A stretch of 64,000 nt of DNA from Candidatus Omnitrophota bacterium (GCA_041652815.1 JBAZGN010000004.1:15890-79889); one strand, 5' to 3'. Counted from the first letter of the stretch, positions 38,371-48,609 are shown. Numbers and translations are program-made. The notes: a model not told the origin generated them from the sequence alone.

Positions 38371-38592
38371 AGGGACTATAGTGTTAAGCGTTGAAAGTGC
38401 AATTTGCTGGCAACAACTGGAGAGGATAGAAAATATTTATAAACATTGCCCCGAAGCGCCTGTATATTCAAAAAATCTCTCACGAGAGTACTCGTTCGAC
38501 ATTTTTTGAGAGCGCTTCGGGATAATTCGGCTACGCAACTTTTCGGCACTCCCTTAGGTCGCTTGAAAAGTTGCTGCCTCATTAGGAGTAAC

Positions 38593-39072
38593 ATGAAGAA
38601 ACAGTCAAAGAATGAAGCGGGCATCCTGGGATTTATTGCAAAGATACACCAACAACTTGCCTTGTTGGACAAAAAGGTAGATGTATTAATTACTAAAACT
38701 ATGGCGCCCAAGCCGCCGGAAATCAAACCTTTTTCTCACCCTAAGCCTTTCCAGCAGCAGGCGAATGCTCACGCTCAAGCGCAAAGGCAAAATGAGCGTT
38801 TCAGAGAAAGAGTTATGCATAAAGCAATTTGCGCGGATTGCAGAAAACAATGCGAAGTGCCTTTCCGGCCAAGCGGTGACAGGCCTGTATTTTGCCAGGA
38901 ATGTTTCTCACGCCGTAAAAGCGGCAACGCCTTTGGCGCAAATGCCGATAATCGTCCAAAAACAATAACCCCGATTCATACAGCAAGCGTTAACCGGTTG
39001 CAGCCGGTTAGAACGAAAAAGACCGTTGCCAGGAAAAAACCAGCTTCCAAAAAGAAAAAAAGCAAAAAATAG
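38593..39072 (+). CDS. Zinc-ribbon protein with Lys-rich C-terminal tail
   Basis: Start at internal ATG with GGAG RBS; 'CADCRKQCEVPF...FCQECF' CxxC-x16-CxxC; tail 'KKTVARKKPASKKKKSKK'. Confidence 0.5.
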   Translation: MKKQSKNEAGILGFIAKIHQQLALLDKKVDVLITKTMAPKPPEIKPFSHPKPFQQQANAHAQAQRQNERFRERVMHKAICADCRKQCEVPFRPSGDRPVFCQECFSRRKSGNAFGANADNRPKTITPIHTASVNRLQPVRTKKTVARKKPASKKKKSKK

Positions 39073-39090
39073 GAAACAACTCGGCAAATA

Positions 39091-39459
39091 ATGGTTAGGC
39101 AGCAATTATCGCTTATTTTGGCGGTGTTATTCTTGTCTGCGTGCGCGGATAATACTCCTGTAGCCGGGCCATATCCTAAGACAGGGATGGCTTCCTGGTA
39201 TTCCGCCAGGATTACTGCAACGGGTGAGAGGTTCGATGATAATGATTTAATCTGCGCTCTACGCAAAAAAGATTTTGGCAAGCATTACAAGGTTTGTAAT
39301 ACAGCTAACAATAAATGCGTGGCAGTCAGGCATAACAATTTCGGCCCTTCAAAATACTTTTACAATCAGGGCCGGATTATTGATTTAAGCAAGGCAGCAT
39401 TTTCCCAAATAGCAGATTTAGAAGAAGGCATAATCGAGGTTACAATAGTAGAAGAATAA
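39091..39459 (+). CDS. RlpA-like double-psi β-barrel lipoprotein
   Basis: Lipobox 'LSAC'; 'GMASWYSARITATGERFD' and 'VAVRHNNFGP' DPBB motifs. Confidence 0.65.
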   Translation: MVRQQLSLILAVLFLSACADNTPVAGPYPKTGMASWYSARITATGERFDDNDLICALRKKDFGKHYKVCNTANNKCVAVRHNNFGPSKYFYNQGRIIDLSKAAFSQIADLEEGIIEVTIVEE

Positions 39460-39512
39460 AGGGACCAGTTTAATTGCGTTAGCAGCGTAAAAAAAAAGGA
39501 GAAAGATATTTT

Positions 39513-40157
39513 ATGGGATTAGCATCGCTTTTATTTAGTAACCCGGCGTTATTTTTTATATTGGCTGTCTTGCTGCTTTATTCGGTTATCGCCCATGAGG
39601 TTGCGCATGGATGGGTTGCGCATCTCTTCGGAGATAATACAGCCAAAAATTCCGGCAGATTAACGCTTAATCCAGTATCCCATATTGATCCTCTGGGAGC
39701 GATTATGCTTTTACTCGTTGGATTTGGCTGGGCAAAGCCTGTCCCGGTTGATTTCTATCGTTTGAAAAATTATCGCGTAGGCTTAATTGCGGTTTCTTTG
39801 GCAGGCTGCTTAGCTAATATACTTATAGCAACTATTGGTATATTCTTTTTGCAGTTTCCTGCTATAAACACAAACCCGATGCTTAAGGTAATCTTTACGA
39901 TTCTGGTTAGAGTAAATATTATCCTTGGCGCTTTCAATTTAATTCCCATACCGCCCCTTGACGGCTCAAAAATACTTATGGCATTTCTATCTGTTTCCGG
40001 CCAGCAAATTATGGCGCGCCTTGAACGCTATGGATTTTTTATAATCATTATTTTACTTTATACCGGCCTGCTTAATCCCGTCATAACTTTTATGCAGAAT
40101 TTAATTTATACGGTGATTTATTTGCTGTTTAGGTTGTTTGGCCAAAAGCCTTATTGA
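39513..40157 (+). CDS. Site-2 protease family (peptidase M50) zinc metalloprotease
   Basis: 'HEVAHG' HExxH in a TM helix and 'LNLIPIPPLDG' second metal-binding motif. Confidence 0.7.
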   Translation: MGLASLLFSNPALFFILAVLLLYSVIAHEVAHGWVAHLFGDNTAKNSGRLTLNPVSHIDPLGAIMLLLVGFGWAKPVPVDFYRLKNYRVGLIAVSLAGCLANILIATIGIFFLQFPAINTNPMLKVIFTILVRVNIILGAFNLIPIPPLDGSKILMAFLSVSGQQIMARLERYGFFIIIILLYTGLLNPVITFMQNLIYTVIYLLFRLFGQKPY

Positions 40158-40267
40158 AACCCGATTAGATCCTATTTTTCATTTGCCCCCAATCAATTCC
40201 CGTATTAAAATAGTAAGATATTGGAAGATTAAAAATCCAGAAGGTTTCTAAAACAAAAAGGACACAT

Positions 40268-41305
40268 ATGAAAGAACCGCAAAGAGGGTACATAGTTGGG
40301 GAAAAAGATGTCGATAATTTAATCGATAAACTCACTAAGCTTTCTGCTTATCCCGGGACTGAATACCTGCTACGTGAAATATTTACGACTGTTGTTAAGC
40401 TGGGTAAAGAGTCAAGCGATAAAGGGGACCTTAAGCTTGTAAACAATGCGCTTAAGGAATTACGGTATTCTTTTAAAATATTTTCCCCGTATAGGAATGT
40501 TAAGAAGGTAGTAGTTTTTGGTTCGGCACGTTCGAAAAAGGACTCATCCGAATATAAGATGGCTGAAGAGTTCGCCAGAAAAATAACAGAGAAGGGTTAT
40601 ATGCTGGTTACCGGCGGCGGCCCGGGAGTTATGGAGGCAGGCAATAAAGGCGCAAAGAAAGGTACGGACTTTGGGCTAAATATCCGGCTTCCTTTTGAAC
40701 AAAAAACAAACCCGTATTTAGAAGAAAAAGAAAAAATCATTAACTTTAAATATTTTTTTACCAGGAAACTTATTTTCATAAAGGAAACCGATGCCACAGT
40801 CCTTTTCCCCGGAGGTTTCGGCACAAACGATGAAGGCTTTGAGGCACTTACCTTAATCCAGACTGGTAAATCAAAACCCAGGCCGATAGTTTTAATTGAA
40901 CCGAAAGGCTCAACCTATTGGGCAAGTTGGAAGCGTTTTATAAATAACCAACTGGCCAAGAGCAGATTTATAAACAAAGAAGATTTTCATCTTTTTACTA
41001 TCGAGAAAGATGTCAATCGCGCAATTGACTATATAGAAAATTTTTACAAAGTATATCACTCAATAAGGTATATTTCCGGCTTAACCGTTATCCGGCTGAA
41101 CAGAAAAATTTCAGATAAAACATTAAATTTTTTAAATAAAGAATTTAAGGATATTTTAACCAGCGGTAAAATAATACTTTCTACCGCGATGAATGAAGAA
41201 CTTCAAAAAGGAGAGCATCTCGATTTACCGCGGCTTATAATGCACTTTAATCTGCATGATTATGGCAGGCTCTGCAAAATGATTTGTGTTATTAATGAGG
41301 ACTAG
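40268..41305 (+). CDS. LOG family (TIGR00730) Rossmann-fold protein with extensions
   Basis: 'VVVFGSARS', 'LVTGGGPGVMEA' and 'PGGFGTNDE' LOG signatures. Confidence 0.75.
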   Translation: MKEPQRGYIVGEKDVDNLIDKLTKLSAYPGTEYLLREIFTTVVKLGKESSDKGDLKLVNNALKELRYSFKIFSPYRNVKKVVVFGSARSKKDSSEYKMAEEFARKITEKGYMLVTGGGPGVMEAGNKGAKKGTDFGLNIRLPFEQKTNPYLEEKEKIINFKYFFTRKLIFIKETDATVLFPGGFGTNDEGFEALTLIQTGKSKPRPIVLIEPKGSTYWASWKRFINNQLAKSRFINKEDFHLFTIEKDVNRAIDYIENFYKVYHSIRYISGLTVIRLNRKISDKTLNFLNKEFKDILTSGKIILSTAMNEELQKGEHLDLPRLIMHFNLHDYGRLCKMICVINED

Positions 41306-41420
41306 ACGAAAATCAGCAAACAATAGGCTTTGATGCCTGGGTATTTGAGTTATAAAATAAAACAGCCCCGACAAACGTCGGGGCGCTCCAAATAGGATCA
41401 GAAAGGAGTTTCTGTCTTTT

Positions 41421-41789
41421 TTAGTACCCGATTGCGTGATTTATCAATACCCAGCCGGTCCAGCCGGAATATCCGCCGGAAGTTATCTCTATTTTTGCTG
41501 TTTTTTCCCAAAAATTGGCTTCCAAAATACGCGCTTTTGTTCCGTTTTCTACCTCAAATGCAACATGGCCTAACATTTTCGTCAGGTAATTTTGCTTTTC
41601 AGAGCCCATGAGGTTTCCGGTTAAGCTGTTGAAAGAACGTTTGCTTTTACCTGTATATACAGGAATCTTTCCCGCGAAGCTTTTAAGCTCCACTTCTTTT
41701 CCTATATATTCGTCATACTGGGCAAAACTAGTAGGTAAATATGCAAGAATCAATGCGCACGCTATAATTATGACCACGGATTTTCTCAT
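41421..41789 (-). CDS. Secreted hypothetical protein (possible SH3b-like)
   Basis: Only convincing minus-strand gene; signal peptide from the internal Met 'MRKSVVIIIACALILA'. Confidence 0.45.
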   Translation of the reverse strand: MRKSVVIIIACALILAYLPTSFAQYDEYIGKEVELKSFAGKIPVYTGKSKRSFNSLTGNLMGSEKQNYLTKMLGHVAFEVENGTKARILEANFWEKTAKIEITSGGYSGWTGWVLINHAIGY

Positions 41790-41894
41790 TTTACACCTCC
41801 GATGAGCCGGCTTAGCCAACCCAATTTTAATAATACCATAAACATATGCCAAAAAACCACAAAAACAGCAAGGTTTTTGTAAACGTTTTCATGC

Positions 41895-42010
41895 AACGCG
41901 AACAATCGCGAATAGGTTTTGATGGTTTCATTAAGGTATAAACGCGAATTTATGCGAATAAATCTATTCGCGGCCATTCGCGTTGGATCCGCGATAATTT
42001 GCGTTTATGT
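41895..42010. repeat. Family-C element, copy 4
   Basis: 'CATTAAGGTATAAACGCGAATTTATGCGAATAAATCTATTCGCGGCCATTCGCGTTGGATCCGCGATAATTTGCGTTTA' upstream of hisF. Confidence 0.65.
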
Positions 42011-42133
42011 TAATTTTCGTTGATTTTTTAATGAGTATGGTATAATCTACCCCGTTAGAGAAATTAATAAATGCCTCAATAAAGCTAAAAATAATGATTT
42101 ATCGGTGAGGTGATTGCGTAATTCTCTAACGGG

Positions 42134-42997
42134 GTGAAGCCTATGTTGGCCAAGAGAATTATTCCCTGTCTTGATATTAATAAAGGCAGAGTAGTAAAGG
42201 GCGTGCATTTTGTAAATCTAAGGGATGCAGGAGACCCCATAGAAAACGCTTTATTTTATGAAAAAGAAGGCGCTGATGAACTTGTTTTTCTTGATATTAC
42301 CGCAAGCTATGAAAAAAGAAAGACTACGCTTGATTTGGTGAAAAAAGTTGCCGAATGCGTTTTTATGCCTTTTACCGTGGGCGGCGGCATAAGCAGTGCC
42401 GCAGATATACGAGAACTCCTTTTAGCCGGAGCCGACAAAGTTTCCATAAATACCATAGCCGTTAAGAACCCAAAGCTTATCACTGAAGCAAGCAATATTT
42501 TTGGGGCCCAGTGCATAGTGGTTGCGATTGATGCAAAAGCAGTCCACAGTCCACAGTGTGCGAAGCGAAGCGAAGCCTCCCCGAAGGGGGCCGCAGTCCA
42601 TAGCAAAAATAAAAAACTATCGACTATGGACTATCGACTGTCGATTAAAAAGTGGGAGGTTTACATAAACGGCGGAAGGACGGCTACAGGGCTTGATGCG
42701 GTTAGCTGGGCGAAGGAAGCTGAGAAGCTTGGGGCAGGAGAAATACTTCTGACCAGTATGGATTATGATGGAACAAAAGACGGTTATGATGTAGAATTAA
42801 CCAAAGCAATATCTGCGGCCGTAAAGATACCTGTAATTGCTTCAGGCGGAGCCGGAAAAATAGAAGATTTTTATGAGGTGTTTGTTAAAACCGCTGCAAC
42901 AGCAGCATTGGCAGCATCGATATTCCATTATAGAGAAATTAAAATAAAAAATATAAAACAATATCTTAAGAAAAAAGGAATTGAGGTGAGGATATGA
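42134..42997 (+). CDS. hisF: Imidazole glycerol phosphate synthase cyclase subunit, with about 30-aa in-frame insertion
   Basis: '[15 protein letters not shown]', '[13 protein letters not shown]', 'GGGI' and '[17 protein letters not shown]' HisF motifs; 287 aa instead of about 253. Confidence 0.85.
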   Translation: MKPMLAKRIIPCLDINKGRVVKGVHFVNLRDAGDPIENALFYEKEGADELVFLDITASYEKRKTTLDLVKKVAECVFMPFTVGGGISSAADIRELLLAGADKVSINTIAVKNPKLITEASNIFGAQCIVVAIDAKAVHSPQCAKRSEASPKGAAVHSKNKKLSTMDYRLSIKKWEVYINGGRTATGLDAVSWAKEAEKLGAGEILLTSMDYDGTKDGYDVELTKAISAAVKIPVIASGGAGKIEDFYEVFVKTAATAALAASIFHYREIKIKNIKQYLKKKGIEVRI

Positions 42998-43380
42998 ACA
43001 GACCAAAGGCAACCCTTCGATTACGCTCAGGGCAAGAAGGCCAAAGGCCAAAGACCGGAATAAATAAAATATCACAGTTGAAGTTTGATGAGAAGGGGTT
43101 GATCCCGGCGATCATCCAGGATTATAAAAACGGTGATGTATTGATGGTTGCTTACATGAATAAAGAGTCGCTAAAAATTACCCTTCGTGAAAAACGCACA
43201 TGCTTTTATTCACGGTCGCGCAAAATGTTATGGAGGAAGGGCGAAACCAGCGGCCATGTTCAAAAAATAAAATCAATTTATTACGATTGCGATAAGGATG
43301 CCTTGCTGATTAAAGTTCAGCAAATTGGAGCAGCTTGTCATACTGGAGAGTGGAGTTGCTTCTATAGGAAAATGATTTAG
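42994..43380 (+). CDS. hisI: Phosphoribosyl-AMP cyclohydrolase
   Basis: 128 aa; 'GLIPAIIQD', 'MVAYMN', 'CDKDALL' motifs; ATGA overlap with hisF. Confidence 0.85.
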   Translation: MNRPKATLRLRSGQEGQRPKTGINKISQLKFDEKGLIPAIIQDYKNGDVLMVAYMNKESLKITLREKRTCFYSRSRKMLWRKGETSGHVQKIKSIYYDCDKDALLIKVQQIGAACHTGEWSCFYRKMI

Positions 43381-43530
43381 ATACTTGTAACACGTCACAG
43401 GTAGCACGTAACACGTGATGAGGTCGCCCCAGAACCTGTTACCCGTTACCTGTTACGTCCACTCCAAGTGGACTCGCCTAAATGTTTTTATATGGTGGCG
43501 AGGATACGTGTTACAACACGGTGACTAGAT

Positions 43531-45012
43531 ATGCAAATACATCCGTCTCCGAAAGATTTTGTTAAATTAGCGAAAAAGAATAATCTGATTGTTCTATCGC
43601 ATAAATTCTATTCTGATTCGCTTACCCCGGTTTCTATCTATCATAATCTTTCAAAGCAATTCAAGGAAGAAAGTTTTCTTCTTGAGTCAGTTGAAGGAGA
43701 AGAGAAGATTAGCCGTTTTTCTTTTATGGGTTTTATGCCCATAGGGGTATTTAAAAGTAGAAGCAAAGCAATCAGCATAAAAAATCAGAAAGAAACAACT
43801 TTTGAAACCGAAAAAAACCCGCTCTTTGAACTTAGAAAATTAATGCGTGAGTTTAAAGTGGCACCTAAAGAAAATTTACGTTTCTTTGGGGGATTTGTCG
43901 GCTACCTTGGTTATGACCTTGTAAGGTTTTATGAACCGATAGGCGGCAGGAAAAAAGATTCGCTAAATACTCCCGATACTTATCTCATCCTTCCGAAATT
44001 TCTGATAATTTTTGACCATCTTAAAAAGCAAATCGAAATCCTTTCTTTTGTGAAGATAAACACAAAGCAAAACCTTAGAAGCTTATATGCTAAAGAGGTA
44101 AAAGTTATCGAAGGAATATTTAAAAAATTGCAAAATCCGGCAAGGCTAAAAACATTAACAATGTCCGGCGCGGCAAAGGCTAATCTTAAATCAAATTTAA
44201 GCAAGAAAGATTTTGTATCGATAGTTGAGAAAGCAAAAAAATACATAAGAGAGGGAGAAATAATACAAACGGTTCTTTCGCAAAGATTTTCAGTAGATTT
44301 TTCCGGCGACCCTTTCAACGTATACCGCTATTTGAGAATACTTAATCCGTCGCCCTATATGTTTTATTTAAACTTCAAGGATTTAAAAATTGCCGGATCA
44401 AGCCCGGAAATGCTTTTGCGCTGCGAAAAAGGCATTTTAACGACACGGCCAATTGCCGGAACCCGTCCGAGGGGGAAAGATGAACTTGAAGAAAAGAAGT
44501 TTGAGAAGTCATTACTGGATGATCCCAAGGAACGCGCGGAGCATATAATGCTTGTTGACTTGGCACGAAATGATTTAGGCAGAGTCGCCGAAAGCGCCAG
44601 CGTTACCGTTCCGGTATTTATGACCATTGAACATTTCTCTCACGTGATGCACATAGTAAGCGAGACAAGGGCACAGCTTAAAAAAGGGAAAGATATATTT
44701 TCTGCATTCATCAGCTGTTTTCCGGCAGGGACAGTAAGCGGAGCGCCGAAGGTAAGGGCTATGCAGATAATAAATGAGCTTGAAGGCCGTGCGCGGGGAA
44801 TATATGCAGGAAGCGTTGGATATTTTTCCTTCACAAATAGCTTAGATACGTGTATAATAATAAGGACTATAATATTCAAGAACAGGAAAGCCTATATTCA
44901 GGCTGGAGCCGGTATAGTTATGGATTCAAAGCCTGAAAAAGAATATAAGGAAACGTTAAATAAAGCAAAAGCGCAAGTGTTAGCTGTTAGGCTGGCAAAA
45001 AGCTTAGTTTAA
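43531..45012 (+). CDS. Anthranilate synthase component I family (TrpE/PabB)
   Basis: Chorismate-binding domain motifs ('GTRPRG', 'LVDLARNDLGRV', 'GSVGYFS'); no trpG/D neighbours, so TrpE versus PabB is unresolved. Confidence 0.85.
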   Translation: MQIHPSPKDFVKLAKKNNLIVLSHKFYSDSLTPVSIYHNLSKQFKEESFLLESVEGEEKISRFSFMGFMPIGVFKSRSKAISIKNQKETTFETEKNPLFELRKLMREFKVAPKENLRFFGGFVGYLGYDLVRFYEPIGGRKKDSLNTPDTYLILPKFLIIFDHLKKQIEILSFVKINTKQNLRSLYAKEVKVIEGIFKKLQNPARLKTLTMSGAAKANLKSNLSKKDFVSIVEKAKKYIREGEIIQTVLSQRFSVDFSGDPFNVYRYLRILNPSPYMFYLNFKDLKIAGSSPEMLLRCEKGILTTRPIAGTRPRGKDELEEKKFEKSLLDDPKERAEHIMLVDLARNDLGRVAESASVTVPVFMTIEHFSHVMHIVSETRAQLKKGKDIFSAFISCFPAGTVSGAPKVRAMQIINELEGRARGIYAGSVGYFSFTNSLDTCIIIRTIIFKNRKAYIQAGAGIVMDSKPEKEYKETLNKAKAQVLAVRLAKSLV

Positions 45013-45024
45013 AAGGAGGAGACA

Positions 45025-45621
45025 ATGAAGAAGACAATTTGTTTTTTTATAATTTTGTTTCAAGTATTTTTATTATCTTCTTATGCCGAGGTGAAAGCTG
45101 AAAGTAAAGAGGCTGCGGCGCAACCACAGCAGGCTGCTCCAATTACTGTCAGCCAGCCAGTTACGGAAGCCCCAGCAGTGGAAGAGGTTACTGCACCGGT
45201 AGAAGAAGTTACCGTACCGGTTGTAAAAAAAGAAGAAGTTAAAAAGAAGCCAGTAAAAAAAAGACAACCTAAGAAAGGAAAAATTAAAAAAGCAAAACCT
45301 CAAGAACCATGTCAAATGCCACAGGAAGCACAGGGTACGGTTGTCTTAAGAGAGCGCGTATCAGATCAAAATCCTTTACGTAAAGTTGCGCGTGGAGCTG
45401 TAAATACTACTTTGGGTTGGGTTGAAATTCCGCGGCAGATGATAAAAGTAAATAGGACACAAGGCGATATCGCAGGTGTATTCTGGGGCCCTTTAAAAGG
45501 ATTTGCTTTCTTTGTTGGTAGAACAGCAGTTGGGCTTTATGAGGTAACAACGTTTTTACTCCCTCCATACAAGCCTGTTGTAACTCCTGAATTTATATTC
45601 TCGGAAAGCGACGATGATTAG
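45025..45621 (+). CDS. Secreted protein with C-terminal TIGR04073-like (exosortase-system-associated) domain
   Basis: Signal peptide; Lys/Pro-rich linker; C-terminal 'ARGAVNTTLGWVEIPRQM...GRTAVGLYEVTTFLLPPY...PEFIF'. Confidence 0.5.
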   Translation: MKKTICFFIILFQVFLLSSYAEVKAESKEAAAQPQQAAPITVSQPVTEAPAVEEVTAPVEEVTVPVVKKEEVKKKPVKKRQPKKGKIKKAKPQEPCQMPQEAQGTVVLRERVSDQNPLRKVARGAVNTTLGWVEIPRQMIKVNRTQGDIAGVFWGPLKGFAFFVGRTAVGLYEVTTFLLPPYKPVVTPEFIFSESDDD

Positions 45622-45735
45622 TTGAAAGTAGAAGCGGATTTCCGCGGATAGTAACGCGGATTTACGCATGGTTATCTGTGCGTTTATCGGCGTAGATATC
45701 CGCGTTCATCCACATTTATCCCTAAAGGAGGGTTT

Positions 45736-45981
45736 ATGGTTAGAATAAGATTAAGAAAACCGGGTAAGGTTGCGAAAGGAAGATATCATTTTAAAATGGT
45801 TGCGATGGAAAAACGCAATGCAAGAGATTCGGAATATCTGGAGCAAATCGGCCATTACGATCCTTCCAGAAAGCTTCTGAAAATAGATATCGAAAAATAC
45901 GATAAGTGGATAAAAAAAGGCGCAATACCCACGGAAACAGTAGCCTCGTTATACAAGAGATATAAAAAGGAAAATAAATAG
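45736..45981 (+). CDS. rpsP: 30S ribosomal protein S16
   Basis: 'MVRIRLRKPGKVAKGRYHFKMVA...HYDP' S16 signature; AAAGGAGGG RBS. Confidence 0.9.
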   Translation: MVRIRLRKPGKVAKGRYHFKMVAMEKRNARDSEYLEQIGHYDPSRKLLKIDIEKYDKWIKKGAIPTETVASLYKRYKKENK

Positions 45982-46150
45982 TAGAAGCGAATTCCCGCGG
46001 AACGTAGATATCCGCGAAAAGACACTTCTAAACCTACCCCTCGTGCCTGTATATCGGTTAAATTTCCTGGCCACAGGCCGTGAAATTTAACCGAAGCACT
46101 TCGGGGTTAATTCGCCCCGCCGTTACGTCGGGGCTCATTAAGGAGTTAAA

Positions 46151-46438
46151 ATGCAACCAAATCCAGGCGCAGGTATGGCTAATATATTATTTCTCGTAGT
46201 TATATTCGGAATTTTCTATTTTATGCTAATCCGGCCCCAGCAGAAACAGCAGAAGAAACATCAGGAGATGATTAACAATTTAAATAAAAATGACGAAGTA
46301 GTTACCTTAGGCGGCATGCACGGCACAATCATAAACGTAAAAGAAAAAACTTTTGTTTTAAGGGTTGATGATAATGTTAAGATAGAAATAGATAAAAGCG
46401 CAATTTCTTATATAGTAAAAGCGAGGCAAAAAGAATGA
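46151..46438 (+). CDS. yajC: Preprotein translocase subunit YajC
   Basis: 95 aa; single TM helix + 'LIRPQQKQQK' + 'GDEVVTLGGMHGTI' pattern. Confidence 0.85.
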   Translation: MQPNPGAGMANILFLVVIFGIFYFMLIRPQQKQQKKHQEMINNLNKNDEVVTLGGMHGTIINVKEKTFVLRVDDNVKIEIDKSAISYIVKARQKE

Positions 46439-48591
46439 TTAGAAATGCTGATTTAAAAATAAGATACGTTATAATCGGCGCGCTTGTTATATTCAGTGCA
46501 TTGGCGATTTATCCTTTGGATAAAAAAATAAACTTAGGGTTAGATTTAAGAGGTGGAATGTACGTATTGCTTCGTGCCGATATCTCTTCCATCCCTAAAG
46601 CTCAGGTTTCTGATGCGATAAGCGGAGCAATTGAAAAAGTCAGAACCAGAATCGACTCTTTCGGTGTTAAAGAAACTTCCATACAAATTCAAGGAGACAA
46701 TTCCATTCTGGTTCAGCTCCCTGGTGCAGTAGATAGAGAAATAATCAATAAATTAAGAGAAGTAGGAAAGCTTGAATTCAATCTTGTCGTGGATGATAAA
46801 GAAAAGTTTGAAGCGGCGGTTAAAGGAAATGTTCCGGCAGGGTACGAATTAAAAGACTACAAAGGGGCAATTCTTATTCGTAAGGATGCTTCGCTCGCCG
46901 GAGCTGATTTATCCCAAAGCTCTGTTGGTTTCGATCAATATGGTACGCCTAACGTAAGACTTCAATTTACCGCAGAGGGCGCAAAGAAATTTGCCAAAGT
47001 AACCGAAGAAAATGTCGGAAAACAATTGGCAATTATCCTTGATGGAAAAATTATGAGCGCGCCGGCCATCCGCGAGCCAATATTAAGCGGGCAAGCTGAG
47101 ATTACGGGCGATTTTACTCTTGATAAAGCCCGTACGATCGTTTCGGTGTTAAATTCCGGAGCTCTTCCGATACCCTTGGTGGTTGAGGAAGAACGAACAG
47201 TTGGGCCTCTTTTGGGCTCTGATTCCATAACAAAAGGAATAAATGCTTGTCTTCTTGGTGCGGCTTTAGTTTTTATTTTCATGCTCGTCTATTATTTCGT
47301 CGGCGGCGTTGTCGCAGATGTGTGCCTTGTTTTCAATATATTGTTTACCCTGGCAGCGTTAAATATATTAAAAGCAACCCTTACGTTGCCGGGTATCGCC
47401 GGTATGATCCTAGCTTTGGGTATGGCAGTTGATGCTAATGTTTTGATATTTGAAAGAATACGCGATGAATTGTCTGCGAATAAACCGTTAGGCGCAGCTG
47501 TAAAGAATAGTTTTGACAGGACATTTTTAACTATATTTGATTCAAATCTTACTACAATAATAGCAGCAGGTTTTCTTTTTATATTTGGTACAGGCCCTAT
47601 CCGAGGCTTTGCTACAACACTTATTTTGGGTATTCTTATAAGTATGTTTACGGCAATTTTTGTAGGTAAAACCATATTCGCAACAATGCTTAAGGGTGGC
47701 TTGAAGAAAATGTCGATGCTTCAATTTTTCCCGGCTTCAAAGATAGATTTTTTAAAACCACGTTATGTTTGTATTGCGTTATCGGCTATCTTAATAGTTA
47801 TCAGTATGTACGGATTCTTTTCAAAGGGTGAAGCAGTATACAGTATAGATTTTAAAGGCGGGCAGGTTTTGGAATACAAATTAACTCCTGCGCCTGCCAT
47901 TGAAGATGTGAGAAAGATATTAAAGGATGCAGGCCTACCCGGCTTAACTATTCAGGATTTTAAAGATGTAAAAGGCGGAATAAACATAAAGAGCAAGGAA
48001 GATGTTGCCGATAAAGTAGAGGAAGTTCTAAAGAAAAATTATAAAGAAGTAGAAAGATTAAGAGTAGATAAAGTAGGGCCAACTGTAGGAGCATTGCTTA
48101 AAACTAAGGCGTTATGGGCAATTGCGCTTTCGCTTTTGGGAATTCTTGCTTATGTGTTTATCAGGTTTAAACATTTTGATTTTGCTCTTGCCGGAGTTAT
48201 TGCGCTTTTGCACGACGTGCTTATCGCTCTTGGATTTGCCGCAATGTTCGGATATGAGATTGATCTTTTGATAGTTACGGCGCTTTTAACTATCGCAGGT
48301 TATTCCATAAATGACACAATAGTTATATATGACCGCATAAGGGAAATAGCTCCGCGCATGCATAAAGCTTCTATCTATCAGATACTAAACCAGGCATTGA
48401 ATAACACATTTTCAAGGACGATAATTACGTCACTTACGGTATTTTTCGTAACGCTTGCTATGTATCTTTTAGGCGGAGAGGCATTGAAAGGTTTTTCTTT
48501 TGTGCTTTTGGTTGGTTTTATTTCCGGAGTTTATTCAACCATATATATCGCATCCGCCCTGGTTCTTGTTTTTCGAGGAGCTAAGGCTTAA
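46435..48591 (+). CDS. secDF: Protein translocase SecD/SecF fusion
   Basis: 718 aa, two periplasmic-loop + 6-TM modules; ATGA overlap with yajC. Confidence 0.9.
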   Translation: MIRNADLKIRYVIIGALVIFSALAIYPLDKKINLGLDLRGGMYVLLRADISSIPKAQVSDAISGAIEKVRTRIDSFGVKETSIQIQGDNSILVQLPGAVDREIINKLREVGKLEFNLVVDDKEKFEAAVKGNVPAGYELKDYKGAILIRKDASLAGADLSQSSVGFDQYGTPNVRLQFTAEGAKKFAKVTEENVGKQLAIILDGKIMSAPAIREPILSGQAEITGDFTLDKARTIVSVLNSGALPIPLVVEEERTVGPLLGSDSITKGINACLLGAALVFIFMLVYYFVGGVVADVCLVFNILFTLAALNILKATLTLPGIAGMILALGMAVDANVLIFERIRDELSANKPLGAAVKNSFDRTFLTIFDSNLTTIIAAGFLFIFGTGPIRGFATTLILGILISMFTAIFVGKTIFATMLKGGLKKMSMLQFFPASKIDFLKPRYVCIALSAILIVISMYGFFSKGEAVYSIDFKGGQVLEYKLTPAPAIEDVRKILKDAGLPGLTIQDFKDVKGGINIKSKEDVADKVEEVLKKNYKEVERLRVDKVGPTVGALLKTKALWAIALSLLGILAYVFIRFKHFDFALAGVIALLHDVLIALGFAAMFGYEIDLLIVTALLTIAGYSINDTIVIYDRIREIAPRMHKASIYQILNQALNNTFSRTIITSLTVFFVTLAMYLLGGEALKGFSFVLLVGFISGVYSTIYIASALVLVFRGAKA

Positions 48592-48609
48592 TCAAGTTAA
48601 ACTTTCCAA

